A stretch of 32,000 bases of DNA from Propionibacteriaceae bacterium (GTDB lineage: Bacteria; Actinomycetota; Actinomycetes; Propionibacteriales; Propionibacteriaceae), in assembly GCA_031256725.1 (NCBI GenBank), contig JAIRQE010000010.1, positions 1 through 32,000 of the forward strand. Direction: 5' to 3'. Shown piece after piece: positions 9,086 through 19,070 of this stretch. Within the stretch, counting starts at the first letter, position 1; every line of letters begins with the position of its first letter. A program made the translations under genes and the position numbers. The notes under the pieces are model-generated. The model made no database searches and was not told the origin of the DNA. It saw nothing but the letters and a program-made list of their open reading frames with translations.

Positions 9086-10672
9086 ATGATTCGACGTACA
9101 GTCGTCATCATGTCGGCCTTGGCCGTCGCCGCGCTAACTCTTACCGGGTGCGCCCAGCCAGTTGATCCAGTCGATCCAGGCAGTGATGCACCCACTAGCA
9201 CAGAGCAGATTGTTATCGACACCACCTTTGATATTGCAACTATTGACCCAGGTCGTGAGTACGAACCAACAGGTCAGATTGTTGTGAAGGCTCTCTATGA
9301 CACTTTGTTGACCTTTGCCGACAACGACACCACAACCGTCATCCCCGATCTTGCGGAATACACCGCCAACGATGACCTGACAGAGTTTGTGTTCACCCTC
9401 GTGGGTGACCGCGTTTTCTCTGACGGTACTGCGGTGACCGCTGACGATGTCGTCTTCTCCCTCAACCGCCTCATTGGTATGAAGGGGAATCCTTCCTTCC
9501 TCCTTGATGGTGTCACCATCACAAAGACTGATGATGTAACGATCACGATGACAACCGAGGAATCCAATCCGGCACTTCCAGCCGTCTTGGCTACACCATC
9601 GGCGGGTATCCTCAACTCCAAGGTAGTCATCGACAACGGTGGTACAACCGACGAGTCTGATGGCGCCGAGACCTATCTGAACTCCAATTCTGCTGGTTCA
9701 GGGCCCTATGTTCTCGAAATGATGGATGTGGCCACTCAGGCTATCCTCGTCAAGAACGAGAACTACAACGGTTCCCAGAAGCCAACCTATGAGAAGGTCA
9801 TCCTCCGCAATGTCGAGCCAGCCACCCAGAAGATGAATGTCGAGCGTGGTGACGCACAGGTTGCTATGGGTCTGTCAGGTGATCAGGTTGACGCTCTTGA
9901 TTCGTCCGTGAGCGTATCTTCGACTCCGTCAGCCACAGTGGTCTTCCTGCTTATGAACTCCAACCCTAAGGTGAACGAGTTCACAGCCAAGCCCAAGTGT
10001 GTTGAGGCTGTTAAGGCTGCTTTGAACTACGAGTCCATCCTTGAATTAGCTGGCCGAGGTGCATCCCAGGCAACTGGTGTGGTACCTGCTGGCTTCCTTG
10101 GTGCACTTCCGCAGTCCGAGGCACCCAAGTACGATCTTGAAGCTGCTAAGGTCGCTGCAACCGAGTGTGGCATGACAGAGTCCACAATCACATTGTCTTT
10201 GCCTAATGACATCGACCCGGCAGGTACATCCCTGACAACGGTCGCACAGCGTATCCAGCAGCAGCTTGCCGAAGCAGGGATCACCGTCGAGTTGGCTCCA
10301 GCTCCATTCGCAACCGAGATTGATGCATACCGTACAGGTAAGGAGCAGATCGGTCTGTGGTACTGGAATCCAGATTACATGGATCCGGCTAACTACCTCG
10401 CTTTCGGTCCTGGTCAAACAGTTGGTTTGCGTGCCGGATGGACTGCTGAGATGAACCCAGCAGCTGCCGAACTCGTAGCCAAGGCATACACCACTGGTGA
10501 TCTGAACGATCGCAAGACCCTCTTCCAAGACTGGGGTCGTTTGATGAATGCTGAATCACCATTCATCCCGCTCATTCAGCCTGGTTCCAACGTGGCTCAC
10601 CAGCCATCTGTGACCAACGTGTACTACAACCCAACGTGGTTGATCAATGTCGCAGGGCTTGGAGCAGCCTAA
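9086..10672 (+). CDS. ABC transporter substrate-binding lipoprotein, family 5 (peptide/nickel, DppA/OppA/NikA-like)
   Basis: ATG at 9086 sits 6 nt after AGGAGG (9074-9079). The N-terminus MIRRTVVIMSALAVAALTLTGCAQP is a lipoprotein signal peptide with lipobox LTGC. Its length (about 528 aa) and its position ahead of two permeases and two ATPases fit SBP family 5. The ORF-track start at 9008 adds 26 non-signal residues and is unlikely. Confidence 0.85.
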   Translation: MIRRTVVIMSALAVAALTLTGCAQPVDPVDPGSDAPTSTEQIVIDTTFDIATIDPGREYEPTGQIVVKALYDTLLTFADNDTTTVIPDLAEYTANDDLTEFVFTLVGDRVFSDGTAVTADDVVFSLNRLIGMKGNPSFLLDGVTITKTDDVTITMTTEESNPALPAVLATPSAGILNSKVVIDNGGTTDESDGAETYLNSNSAGSGPYVLEMMDVATQAILVKNENYNGSQKPTYEKVILRNVEPATQKMNVERGDAQVAMGLSGDQVDALDSSVSVSSTPSATVVFLLMNSNPKVNEFTAKPKCVEAVKAALNYESILELAGRGASQATGVVPAGFLGALPQSEAPKYDLEAAKVAATECGMTESTITLSLPNDIDPAGTSLTTVAQRIQQQLAEAGITVELAPAPFATEIDAYRTGKEQIGLWYWNPDYMDPANYLAFGPGQTVGLRAGWTAEMNPAAAELVAKAYTTGDLNDRKTLFQDWGRLMNAESPFIPLIQPGSNVAHQPSVTNVYYNPTWLINVAGLGAA

Positions 10673-10684
10673 GAAGCTAGTCGA

Positions 10685-10713
10685 GCCGCCGTCCCCCGAG
10701 CGGGGACGGCGGT
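10685..10713 (+). promoter_or_regulatory. GC-rich intercistronic stem-loop just after the SBP stop codon
   Basis: GCCGCCGTCCCC (10685-10696), a 5-nt loop CGAGC, then GGGGACGGCGGT (10702-10713). That is 11 Watson-Crick pairs plus a terminal G-U, with no T-tract after it. The position, 13 nt after the SBP stop, matches the mRNA-stabilising or attenuating hairpins often found between SBP and permease genes. Confidence 0.5.
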
Positions 10714-10724
10714 CCTACTATGGC

Positions 10725-11738
10725 TTGATTCGATACCTGGGCAAGAGACTTGTTCTGACAGTCATCCTGCTCATAGGGATCACGTTGGTGACCTTCACCC
10801 TTACCAATCTTGTTCCTGGTGACCCAGTGGCGGCTGCCCTTGGTCAACGAGCTGCCGATGATCCACAGATCGTTGAGCGTTTCCGCCAGGAGTTTGGGCT
10901 TGATAAGCCACTTCATGAGCAGTACTTCTCTTATCTTGGTCGCCTCATTCATGGTGATTTGGGGATGTCCTGGCAGACTCGACGTCCCGTCGCCCAGGAC
11001 TTGGCAGGAGCCATACCAGCCACAATGGAGATCGCTTTCACCGCCATCACCATGGCCGTGATCCTGGGTCTGGTTTTGGGTTCTATCGCCGCCTATCGAC
11101 GCGGGAAGATCACCGATCAGGTCGTACGTTTGATCTCCCTGCTTGGGATCTCTGTACCAACCTTTTGGACAGCAATCCTTTTCTTCTACCTCTTCTATTA
11201 TCGACTCGGTATTGCCCCCGGTTCGGGGCGACTCTCACCAGGAATGCCAGCCCCACCACGAGTGACAGGTATGTATACAGTTGACTCTGTTTTGGCTGGG
11301 GATATGCGTACCTTTGTGGATGCTGCAGCCCACCTAGCCCTACCCTCCCTTGTCCTTACTTTCTTTACTGTGGGTCTACTGACCCGCTTCTCCCGTATGG
11401 CTCTGCTTGAGGTTCTCGACAAAGATTTTGTACGCGCCGCCCAAGCTAAAGGATTGCCTGCACGTACCGTCTTCGTAAGATATGTACTCAGGGCAGCTGC
11501 GGTTCCAATCCTCACCATGGTCGGACTTGCCTTCGGCTCCCTCCTATCGGGTACAGTCCTGGTTGAATCAATCTTCTCCTGGCCAGGATTGGGTTCTTAT
11601 GCCTACCAGTCGGCTTCCAAACTTGATCTGCTTGCCGTCATGGGGGTGGGACTCTTCGTGGGTGTGGTCTACCTGACGATCAACCTGATTATCGACATCG
11701 CCTATGGCTTCATTGACCCGAGAGTGAAGGTGGGATGA
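10725..11738 (+). CDS. ABC transporter permease (DppB/OppB-like)
   Basis: A multi-TM protein with the typical N-terminus (M/L)IRYLGKRLVLTVILLIGITLVTFTLTNLVPGDP. I prefer the TTG start at 10725 because it reproduces the family's conserved N-terminus and lies downstream of the hairpin. The ORF-track ATG at 10647 would overlap the SBP gene and encode the hairpin. The stop overlaps the next gene's start (ATGA at 11735-11738). Confidence 0.8.
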   Translation: MIRYLGKRLVLTVILLIGITLVTFTLTNLVPGDPVAAALGQRAADDPQIVERFRQEFGLDKPLHEQYFSYLGRLIHGDLGMSWQTRRPVAQDLAGAIPATMEIAFTAITMAVILGLVLGSIAAYRRGKITDQVVRLISLLGISVPTFWTAILFFYLFYYRLGIAPGSGRLSPGMPAPPRVTGMYTVDSVLAGDMRTFVDAAAHLALPSLVLTFFTVGLLTRFSRMALLEVLDKDFVRAAQAKGLPARTVFVRYVLRAAAVPILTMVGLAFGSLLSGTVLVESIFSWPGLGSYAYQSASKLDLLAVMGVGLFVGVVYLTINLIIDIAYGFIDPRVKVG

Positions 11739-12598
11739 TGGACACTATTCCACGTCGCTCGCTCACACGGCGTATCTGGCGCAAGATTCCGCGTGAGATC
11801 CGAATGCCTGTTGGAGCAATCGCTGTCTTCATTGCTTTCGGATGGATCGTTATATGCATCATTGGGCCTTCAATTGTTCCCTTTGATCCACTTGCCCAAA
11901 GCCTTCCACGATTCCAACCCCCCGGTTCTCAGACATGGTTTGGTACAGATGAACTTGGGCGGGATCTCTTCTCACGGGTCATCGTGGGGGCGAGGGTCAC
12001 GATTGCCTTAGCTCTTCTGTTGGTTATTGCCTCAATGATCATTGGTTCACTGATTGGTTTGATCGCTGGCTTCTTCGGGCGCTGGGTTGATGAAGTACTC
12101 ATGCGCATGACCGATGTTGTCTTGGCCTTCCCTACAGTCATCTTGGCCATGGTGACGGCTGCGGCTTTGGGAGCCTCGCTGTTTAACGCCGTACTAGCAG
12201 CCCTGATTGTGTCATGGCCCCCCTATGCTCGAGTTGTACGATCCATGGTGCTGTCCCTGCGTAATGCTGACTTTGTGTCCTCGGGGCGCTTGCTTGGATT
12301 CTCGCCACTGAAATCTATACGACTGGATGTTCTCCCCAATGTGGGAGGGCCAACACTTGTACTGGCCAGCCTTGATATTGGGAATGCGGCACTGTTACTT
12401 TCGGGATTGTCCTTCCTGGGCTTGGGGGCTAAGCCACCCACACCGGAATGGGGTTCGATGATCTCTGCTGCAGTCGTCAACTTCGACAAATGGTGGTTGG
12501 GGTGGTTCCCTGGTTTGGCGATCCTCACAGTGGTGATCTCCTTCAATTTCCTAGGTGATGCTCTGCGCGATACCTTCGATACGGAGGTGAGATCATGA
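11735..12598 (+). CDS. ABC transporter permease (DppC/OppC-like)
   Basis: 287 aa with multiple hydrophobic segments. ATGA overlaps at both ends indicate translational coupling. It is the second permease in the operon. Confidence 0.85.
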   Translation: MMDTIPRRSLTRRIWRKIPREIRMPVGAIAVFIAFGWIVICIIGPSIVPFDPLAQSLPRFQPPGSQTWFGTDELGRDLFSRVIVGARVTIALALLLVIASMIIGSLIGLIAGFFGRWVDEVLMRMTDVVLAFPTVILAMVTAAALGASLFNAVLAALIVSWPPYARVVRSMVLSLRNADFVSSGRLLGFSPLKSIRLDVLPNVGGPTLVLASLDIGNAALLLSGLSFLGLGAKPPTPEWGSMISAAVVNFDKWWLGWFPGLAILTVVISFNFLGDALRDTFDTEVRS

Positions 12599-13449
12599 CT
12601 GGGCTACGCATTGAGAACCTGAAACTTGAGATTCGTACCGAGGATGAGGTCAAACCCATCTTGAAGGGTGTGGATCTCAGCGTTGATGCGGGAACCGTTC
12701 AAGGATTAGCAGGGGAGTCAGGTTCAGGAAAAACCATGACAGGGTTGGCCATCATCGGCCTGGAACCCCCAACGGCTATCACCAGCGGAAAGATCATGTT
12801 GGGGGATACTGACCTCCTCCAGATCACGGGAAGTCGACTCAACACGATTCGAGGAAACCGGGTCGGTATGGTCTTTCAAGACCCCTCGACCTCCCTCCAT
12901 CCCCAGTTGTCTATTGGATCCCAGTTGACCGACCACGTACGGTACCACCTCAAGATTTCCAAGAGTGAGGCACGAGATCGTGCCGTTGGTGCGTTAGAGC
13001 GAGTGGGTATCACAGGTGGGCTTGCCACCTTGAGTCGGTATCCCCATGAATTCTCTGGTGGCCAGCGCCAACGTATCGCCATAGCCATTGCACTAGCCTG
13101 TGATCCCGAGTTGGTCATCATGGATGAACCCACGACAGCCCTCGACGTCACAGTTCAAGCTGGGGTCCTGGAGTTGGTACGACGCCTGGTCGACTCCCTG
13201 GGATTAGCCGTGTTGTTCATCTCCCATGATCTGGGTGTGATGAGTGCCATCGCTGATGATGTGGCTGTGATGAGACATGGGGTTGTCGTGGAAAACGGAC
13301 CCAGCTCCCAGGTCTTCACCAACCCTCACCATGAGTACACGCGTGCCCTGTTGGCATCTCTGCCTGGTACCACCTCTGGTCCCCAAACCAAGGGAGATTT
13401 GGTACGCCTTGCTGAAGGCTCCCAGGATTGTGAAGGTGGTGCATCATGA
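12595..13449 (+). CDS. ABC transporter ATP-binding protein (DppD/OppD-like)
   Basis: Canonical motifs: Walker A GESGSGKT, signature FSGGQRQRIAIA, Walker B VIMDEPTTALD, H-loop ISHDL. Confidence 0.9.
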   Translation: MTGLRIENLKLEIRTEDEVKPILKGVDLSVDAGTVQGLAGESGSGKTMTGLAIIGLEPPTAITSGKIMLGDTDLLQITGSRLNTIRGNRVGMVFQDPSTSLHPQLSIGSQLTDHVRYHLKISKSEARDRAVGALERVGITGGLATLSRYPHEFSGGQRQRIAIAIALACDPELVIMDEPTTALDVTVQAGVLELVRRLVDSLGLAVLFISHDLGVMSAIADDVAVMRHGVVVENGPSSQVFTNPHHEYTRALLASLPGTTSGPQTKGDLVRLAEGSQDCEGGAS

Positions 13450-14339
13450 CTGAAACAGAACCACATATGTCAGGGGACGTATCTCCTGGCTCATCCACTA
13501 GGGCCGTACTTTCCGCAAGGGATGTCGTTGTGGACTATCCAGGTCACCCAGCCCTTCGAGCCGTTGACGGTGTCTCCTTTGATGTACACCCAGGTGAAGT
13601 CATCGGTTTGGTGGGGGAGTCAGGATGCGGAAAATCCACGATGGCCCGCGTACTCACAGGTTTGTTGAAGCCTAATGCTGGCGAGATCCTCTATAACGAC
13701 CAACCCCTGAAACCCCTTGGAATTGGTGGGCGTGCTGCTGATTCCACAGGTATTCAGATGGTTTTCCAGGATCCAGGATCCTCCCTGAATCCTAGGCGCA
13801 GAGTTGGGCCACAGATACAAGATGGTCTTGATGCTGCGAGGCGTCGCTTGGGTCGTACCCTCAAAGAGGGCCACCCAACCACCCCGGGTCAATGGCTCGA
13901 ACGCATTGGTATGACCCCATCTGATGCTGAGCGCTTCCCAAGAAGCTTTTCGGGTGGTCAACGTCAACGTATTGCTACCGCACGTGCCCTGGCAGCCGCT
14001 CCAGACGTCCTGATTGCCGATGAACCCATCTCGTCCCTGGATGCCTCCACCCAGGCCCTAGTCGCCTATGTCATGAGTTCCTTAACCGTAGCGGAGGGGG
14101 CCGGAATGCTGTTTATCTCCCATGACTTGGCCGTGGTACGCCTCATCGCTGATCGCCTCCTGGTGATGTACAAGGGCCGAATCGTGGAACGTGGACCCGC
14201 AGAAGAAATCTGGGCCGACCCACATCACCCCTACACCAAGGCGCTCCTGGGTGCCATCCCCCTACCTGACGGAGCCGGGAAACTACCCGCAGTCACCCCT
14301 CCTGGTACACAGTACCCCCTCGAGGAAGTGGTACGTTAA
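13446..14339 (+). CDS. ABC transporter ATP-binding protein (DppF/OppF-like)
   Basis: Walker A GESGCGKST, signature FSGGQRQRIATA, Walker B LIADEPISSLD, H-loop ISHDL. There is an ATGA overlap with the upstream ATPase gene. Confidence 0.9.
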   Translation: MTETEPHMSGDVSPGSSTRAVLSARDVVVDYPGHPALRAVDGVSFDVHPGEVIGLVGESGCGKSTMARVLTGLLKPNAGEILYNDQPLKPLGIGGRAADSTGIQMVFQDPGSSLNPRRRVGPQIQDGLDAARRRLGRTLKEGHPTTPGQWLERIGMTPSDAERFPRSFSGGQRQRIATARALAAAPDVLIADEPISSLDASTQALVAYVMSSLTVAEGAGMLFISHDLAVVRLIADRLLVMYKGRIVERGPAEEIWADPHHPYTKALLGAIPLPDGAGKLPAVTPPGTQYPLEEVVR

Positions 14340-14416
14340 GTTTGAGGTATTCATCGAAGAGATACCCAGCTACTATTTTAGTCAGCGCTCTATGCGGGGG
14401 CTTGGGGACATGAAAT

Positions 14417-14445
14417 TTGGGGGATTTGCGCTTAAAGCGTACAAT
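14417..14445 (+). promoter_or_regulatory. Candidate promoter for infA
   Basis: TTGGGG (14417-14422), a 17-nt spacer, then TACAAT (14440-14445), about 53 nt upstream of the infA ATG. This is a motif match only. Confidence 0.3.
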
Positions 14446-14498
14446 TAGTCCTCGGTCGTCTATGCCTAGAGGACCTCACACCGATTCCGAAAGAAAGT

Positions 14499-14720
14499 AT
14501 GGCAAAGAAAGAGGGAGCCCTCGAACTGGAGGGTACGGTCGTCGAAGCGCTACCGAACGCAATGTTCCGCGTAGAACTCGCAAACGGCCACAAGGTCCTC
14601 GCAACGATCTCTGGAAAGATGCGGCAGCACTACATTAGGATTCTGCCCTCCGACCGAGTAGTTGTAGAGCTTTCGCCGTACGACCTGACAAGGGGTCGGA
14701 TCGTCTACCGACACAAGTAG
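14499..14720 (+). CDS. infA: Translation initiation factor IF-1
   Basis: The 73-aa product [73 protein letters not shown] is the near-universal IF-1 S1-fold sequence. Confidence 0.97.
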   Translation: MAKKEGALELEGTVVEALPNAMFRVELANGHKVLATISGKMRQHYIRILPSDRVVVELSPYDLTRGRIVYRHK

Positions 14721-14800
14721 ATCCTCGTCCCACGAGGTCCACAGGTAGACACCCCACACCGTAGGGATTCATTCCTACATGACCACAAGGAAGCAGCTCG

Positions 14801-14914
14801 ATGAAAGTTCAGCCGAGCGTCAAGAAGATCTGTGACAAGTGCAAGGTGATTCGTCGCCATGGACGCGTCATGGTGATCTGCGAGAACCCTCGCCATAAGC
14901 AGCGCCAGGGCTAA
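14801..14914 (+). CDS. rpmJ: 50S ribosomal protein L36
   Basis: Translated by hand because it falls below the ORF-track length cutoff: [37 protein letters not shown], stop TAA at 12-14 of 149xx (14912-14914). It has the zinc-ribbon CxxC...C...H pattern and the expected position between infA and rpsM. Confidence 0.95.
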   Translation: MKVQPSVKKICDKCKVIRRHGRVMVICENPRHKQRQG

Positions 14915-15100
14915 GCAGCACCGACGCGACCATACGGTCGCTGATCTTTGTGACAACTAAATAGAAACAGCGTGTACGCAACCTGTTCATTGAACAGTCC
15001 ACCCCCGGGCGAAGGCCGGGGCCTCTGAAATGGGGAACGCGTCACGTCCACACCTTCGCACCTGGGACACCAGGCGATAACCGAAAGAGAAACAAGCCAC

Positions 15101-15475
15101 ATGGCAAGACTTATCGGTGTCGATCTCCCGCGCGACAAGCGCTTGGAAATCGCACTTACAGCCATCTTTGGCATCGGGCGTTCCCGAGCAGCCAAGATTC
15201 TTGAAGCCACTGGAGTCAGTGGTGATTTGCGAGTACACCAGGTCACAGACGAACAATTCGTGATCCTGCGTGACTTCATCGAAGCCAACTACGAAATCGA
15301 AGGTGATCTGCGCCGTTCCGTCGCAGCAGATATCCGCCGCAAGGTCGAGATTGGTAACTACCAGGGCCGACGTCACCGTTCCGGTCTGCCAGTACGCGGG
15401 CAGCGTACCCGTACCAATGCCCGTACGCGTAAGGGCCGCAAGAAGGCAGTCGCAGGCAAGAAGAAGGCTCGCTGA
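15101..15475 (+). CDS. rpsM: 30S ribosomal protein S13
   Basis: [30 protein letters not shown]... is the canonical S13 N-terminus. The C-terminal tail is basic. Confidence 0.97.
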   Translation: MARLIGVDLPRDKRLEIALTAIFGIGRSRAAKILEATGVSGDLRVHQVTDEQFVILRDFIEANYEIEGDLRRSVAADIRRKVEIGNYQGRRHRSGLPVRGQRTRTNARTRKGRKKAVAGKKKAR

Positions 15476-15509
15476 TCGCTAACCGATCAAGCATAGAAAG
15501 AAGGATCAG

Positions 15510-15917
15510 ATGGCTACAGCAGGCCGTAAAGCCGGCGCAAAAACCAAGGTGCGCCGCAAAGAGAAGAAGAATATTCTCGTGGGTCAGGCCCACATTAAAT
15601 CCACATTCAATAACACGATCATTTCGATCACTGACCCTAACGGCGCAGTGATCTCATGGGCCTCTGCCGGTACTGTCGGCTTCAAGGGTTCTCGCAAGTC
15701 CACTCCCTATGCCGCACAGATGGCTGCCGAAGCTGCAGGTCGTCGCGCAATGGAGCACGGAATGAAGCGCGTTGATGTATTCGTCAAGGGCCCAGGTTCC
15801 GGTCGCGAGACCGCCATCCGTTCCCTTGGTGCTGTTGGACTGGAAGTGGGTGCCATCTCGGATGTGACCCCCATGCCACACAATGGCTGCCGCCCACCAA
15901 AGCGCCGTCGCGTCTAG
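15510..15917 (+). CDS. rpsK: 30S ribosomal protein S11
   Basis: ...[46 protein letters not shown]...[11 protein letters not shown] is canonical S11. Confidence 0.97.
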   Translation: MATAGRKAGAKTKVRRKEKKNILVGQAHIKSTFNNTIISITDPNGAVISWASAGTVGFKGSRKSTPYAAQMAAEAAGRRAMEHGMKRVDVFVKGPGSGRETAIRSLGAVGLEVGAISDVTPMPHNGCRPPKRRRV

Positions 15918-15935
15918 TACGAAAGGACATTACCC

Positions 15936-16541
15936 ATGGCTCGTTATACAGGTCCTATGACCCGCAAATCCCGTCGACTTGGTACAGACCTCGTTGGCAA
16001 CGACAAGTCCTTTGAGCGTCGTCCCTTCCCTCCAGGCATGCACGGTCGCGGGCGTACCAAAGACTCTGAGTACTCCCAGCAGCTCAAGGAAAAGCAAAAG
16101 GCACGTTTCGCCTATGGCGTGATGGAAAAACAGTTCCGTCGCTACTATCAGGAAGCCACACGTTCTTCGATGAAGACGGGTGACATCCTGTTGCAGATCC
16201 TCGAATCCCGTCTCGACAATGTCGTGTACAGGGCAGGTTTTGCTCGTACCCGTCGTCAGGCTCGTCAGTTCGTCTCCCACGGACACTTCTCCGTGAATGG
16301 TACAAGGGTGAACATTCCTTCCTACCGCGTACGCGCTCAGGATGTCATTGATCTGGCTGAAAAGTCTGCCAACATCGTGCCAATCGTTGAAGCACGTGAG
16401 ATGTTCGACACTCGTACCGTGCCAGCATGGATGGACTCCCGTCCCACTCAGGGTCGGATCATCATCCACTCCCTGCCAACACGTGACCAGATCGTCATTG
16501 ATCTCCAAGAGCAGCTCATCGTCGAACTCTATTCTCGTTAA
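15936..16541 (+). CDS. rpsD: 30S ribosomal protein S4
   Basis: MARYTGPMTRKSRRLGTDL... with an S4 RNA-binding domain (RLDNVVYRAGFARTRRQARQFVSHGHFSVNG). Confidence 0.97.
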   Translation: MARYTGPMTRKSRRLGTDLVGNDKSFERRPFPPGMHGRGRTKDSEYSQQLKEKQKARFAYGVMEKQFRRYYQEATRSSMKTGDILLQILESRLDNVVYRAGFARTRRQARQFVSHGHFSVNGTRVNIPSYRVRAQDVIDLAEKSANIVPIVEAREMFDTRTVPAWMDSRPTQGRIIIHSLPTRDQIVIDLQEQLIVELYSR

Positions 16542-16602
16542 TCTGCCACTGGACAACAAGAAACAATTCGCCTTCATATAGTGGTTGGCGGAAAGGAAAG
16601 AA

Positions 16603-17598
16603 ATGCTAATTGCACAACGCCCAGTCCTGACTGAAGAGGTTATCCATCCTTATCGCTCGAAGTTCATCATTGAGCCACTGGAGCCTGGTTTTGGGTACAC
16701 CCTTGGCAACTCCCTGCGTCGTACACTGTTGAGCTCCATCCCGGGCGCTGCAGTGACCTCAATTCGAATCCAGGGGATCTCCCACGAGTTTTCCACGATT
16801 CCGGGGATCGTTGAAGATGTCACCGAGTTGATCCTCAACATCAAAAACCTGGTTCTGGGTTCCGATGAGGATGAGCCTGTCGAGATTCACCTGTCAAAGA
16901 AGGGTTCCGGCCCGATTACTGCGGGTGACATTGAGACCTCAAGCTCTGTGACTGTCTACAATCCTGATCTTCACATCGCTACCCTCAACGACAAGGGCTC
17001 CATTGAGATGGACCTTATCGTCGAGCGTGGTCGTGGATATGTTTCTGCTTCCCAGAACAAGAACCCCGAGGCTGAGATCGGTCGCATTCCGATCGACTCG
17101 ATCTACTCCCCGGTTCTGCGCGTCACCTACAAGGTAGAGGCAACCCGTGTTGAGCAGCGTACCGACTTTGATCGCCTGATCATCGACGTAGAAACCAAGC
17201 CAGCCATCCTTCCGCGCGACGCTATTGCATCCGCTGGTCGTACCCTGGTGGAGCTCTTCTCTCTGGCACGCGAACTCAACACTGAAGCTGAAGGCATTGA
17301 GTTGGGTTCCGGCCCTGTCGATGACCAGTTGGTCGCCGACCTTGCCTTGCCGATCGAAGACCTTTCTTTGACAGTACGGTCGTACAACTGCTTGAAGCGT
17401 GAAGGAATCCATACTGTTTCGGAACTGGTTTCTCGCTCCGAGCAGGATCTGATGGATATTCGCAACTTCGGTCAGAAGTCCATCGACGAGGTCAAGCTTA
17501 AGCTTGCTGAACTGGGCCTCACCCTCAAGGACTCCATCCTCGGGATGGACTCCTATTCACTTAACCGTTATGACACCGACGACGATTTCGCCGCCTGA
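16603..17598 (+). CDS. rpoA: DNA-directed RNA polymerase subunit alpha
   Basis: [13 protein letters not shown]...[26 protein letters not shown]...; the C-terminal domain reads [23 protein letters not shown]. The ATG at 16603 follows GGAAAGGAAAG. The ORF-track TTG at 16585 adds 6 residues and is less likely. Confidence 0.95.
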   Translation: MLIAQRPVLTEEVIHPYRSKFIIEPLEPGFGYTLGNSLRRTLLSSIPGAAVTSIRIQGISHEFSTIPGIVEDVTELILNIKNLVLGSDEDEPVEIHLSKKGSGPITAGDIETSSSVTVYNPDLHIATLNDKGSIEMDLIVERGRGYVSASQNKNPEAEIGRIPIDSIYSPVLRVTYKVEATRVEQRTDFDRLIIDVETKPAILPRDAIASAGRTLVELFSLARELNTEAEGIELGSGPVDDQLVADLALPIEDLSLTVRSYNCLKREGIHTVSELVSRSEQDLMDIRNFGQKSIDEVKLKLAELGLTLKDSILGMDSYSLNRYDTDDDFAA

Positions 17599-17625
17599 AG
17601 CTCGACAGAATTTGGAGATTGACAA

Positions 17626-18159
17626 ATGCCAAAGCCAACAAAGGGCCCTCGCCTGGGAGGTTCACCCGCCCACGAGAGGATCATCCTTGCAAACCTTGCT
17701 ACCCAATTGTTCGAGCATGGTCGCATCACAACCACGGAGACCCGTGCCAAGAGGGTACAACCCCTTGCTGAGAAGTTGATCACCAAGGCCAAGAAGGGTG
17801 ACCTTCACAACCGTCGCATCGTGATGAAGACCATCAAGGATCCGACAGTCGTCCACGTACTGTTCACCGAGATCGCCCCAGCTGTCGCTGAGCGTGATGG
17901 TGGATGTACCCGTATCACCAAGGTCGGCCCCCGCAAGGGTGACAACGCTCCGATGGCGATCATCGAGATCGTGACCGAGGAGGTTGTTAAGAAGCAGCGC
18001 GCCAAGAAGGCTGAGTCTGTGAAGGAAGCCGACACTGCTGAGGTTGTCGACGAGGTCGAAGAAGTAACCGAGGAAGCCGTCGAGGACACAACCGACGCTG
18101 TTGAAGATGCAGTTGAGGACGTTGCCGAGGCTGCTGAGGAAGCCACCGAAGAGAATTAA
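17626..18159 (+). CDS. rplQ: 50S ribosomal protein L17 with an acidic C-terminal extension
   Basis: The core [56 protein letters not shown] is L17. The last 50 or so residues are an E/D/A/V-rich tail ([39 protein letters not shown]). Confidence 0.95.
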   Translation: MPKPTKGPRLGGSPAHERIILANLATQLFEHGRITTTETRAKRVQPLAEKLITKAKKGDLHNRRIVMKTIKDPTVVHVLFTEIAPAVAERDGGCTRITKVGPRKGDNAPMAIIEIVTEEVVKKQRAKKAESVKEADTAEVVDEVEEVTEEAVEDTTDAVEDAVEDVAEAAEEATEEN

Positions 18160-18179
18160 TTCTCATGAACTCCTGTGAG

Positions 18180-18217
18180 CGCCAATCCACTTTATGTGGG
18201 TTGGCGTTTACTTTTAT
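18180..18217 (+). terminator. Rho-independent terminator of the rpoA-rplQ operon
   Basis: CGCCAATCCAC (18180-18190), loop TTTAT, GTGGGTTGGCG (18196-18206; 11 bp with one G-U), followed by TTTACTTTTAT. Confidence 0.75.
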
Positions 18218-18389
18218 GGTGCATGATCACTTAACTTCGACAAAATCGCTGTGCGATTTGGTCTCGTGTCCCTCGCGAAAGAGTTTTACCTTCGCCTTCC
18301 CTGATAACCAGTAGTCACTTATGATAACATTATGACGCGATTTCTTTGGTTGATGGAAGGTCCAAAATCGTAGATAGGGGTACTCAACT

Positions 18390-18878
18390 GTGGGCGTTTT
18401 TGAGATCTTTCAACTGTGTATTCCAGTTGTGACATTTGCTATGGGGTACTTCTTTACGAATATCGGGTACAAGCGGGAGAGAAAGCTGAGCATCATTCGG
18501 GAGAAGTTCGAGAAGCTTTATCATCCGTTTTATATGTTGATTCAGGAACTTGGTACAGAGAGGGAGGACGGGTTCGCCCTCGATAGTGATAATCTTGATA
18601 CCTTGAAACCCTTCTTTGACCACCTGATTAGCAATGTGTATCTCGCATCATCTGAGGGACAGAGGATCTTCTGGGAAACACGACAGTGGTACATCCTGTG
18701 TCACAAGAGCGAGGCAACACCCGAGTGGGAGGAGGCCCTAGGCAAGGGGATTGGAGACCTCTTTAGCCACCTCTTTGAAGAGTACCTCGCCTGCGCTCGA
18801 ACTTTGGGGTACGACCTCGCCTTTGGGTGGTACGGCGCCCGTACCGAAGAAGACTCTGATGCCCAAGAGCAGAGTTAG
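18390..18878 (+). CDS. Hypothetical protein with an N-terminal TM helix; family not recognised
   Basis: 162-aa ORF with a GTG start (an alternative ATG is at 18441). The hydrophobic N-terminus is VFEIFQLCIPVVTFAMGYFFTNIG, followed by a charged soluble region. It sits in a visibly AT-richer stretch directly after the rplQ terminator. Coding status is supported only by ORF length and the lack of competing ORFs. Confidence 0.5.
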   Translation: MGVFEIFQLCIPVVTFAMGYFFTNIGYKRERKLSIIREKFEKLYHPFYMLIQELGTEREDGFALDSDNLDTLKPFFDHLISNVYLASSEGQRIFWETRQWYILCHKSEATPEWEEALGKGIGDLFSHLFEEYLACARTLGYDLAFGWYGARTEEDSDAQEQS

Positions 18879-18880
18879 CG

Positions 18881-18923
18881 CCGGTTTTGTTTTGGTGTGT
18901 TTTCGTGTCAAGAGGCCACAGGT
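18881..18923. repeat. Imperfect direct repeat, copy A (partner at 19071-19113)
   Basis: ccGGTTTTGttTTGGtGtgTTTTCgTGTCAAGAGGcCACAGG compared with ccGttcGGTTTTGGcGcTTTTCcaTGTCAAGAGGACAGG. The shared cores are GGTTTTGG, TTTTC, TGTCAAGAGG and ACAGG. Confidence 0.6.
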
Positions 18924-19070
18924 CGGGTCCTTTAAGAATCAACGGCTTGAACACCATCAATTCTTTAGGGACACGACCCCCCCCCACACACACAACCAAC
19001 CTCACACCCACGTACACCCTTCCCCCCCACCGCAGATGAGACGAGCCGCTTATACCTAAGCAGAATCAGG

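Noticed and set aside
15930-16577. A 215-aa minus-strand ORF opposite rpsD.
   Set aside because: rpsD is unambiguous on the plus strand, so the antisense ORF is a shadow.
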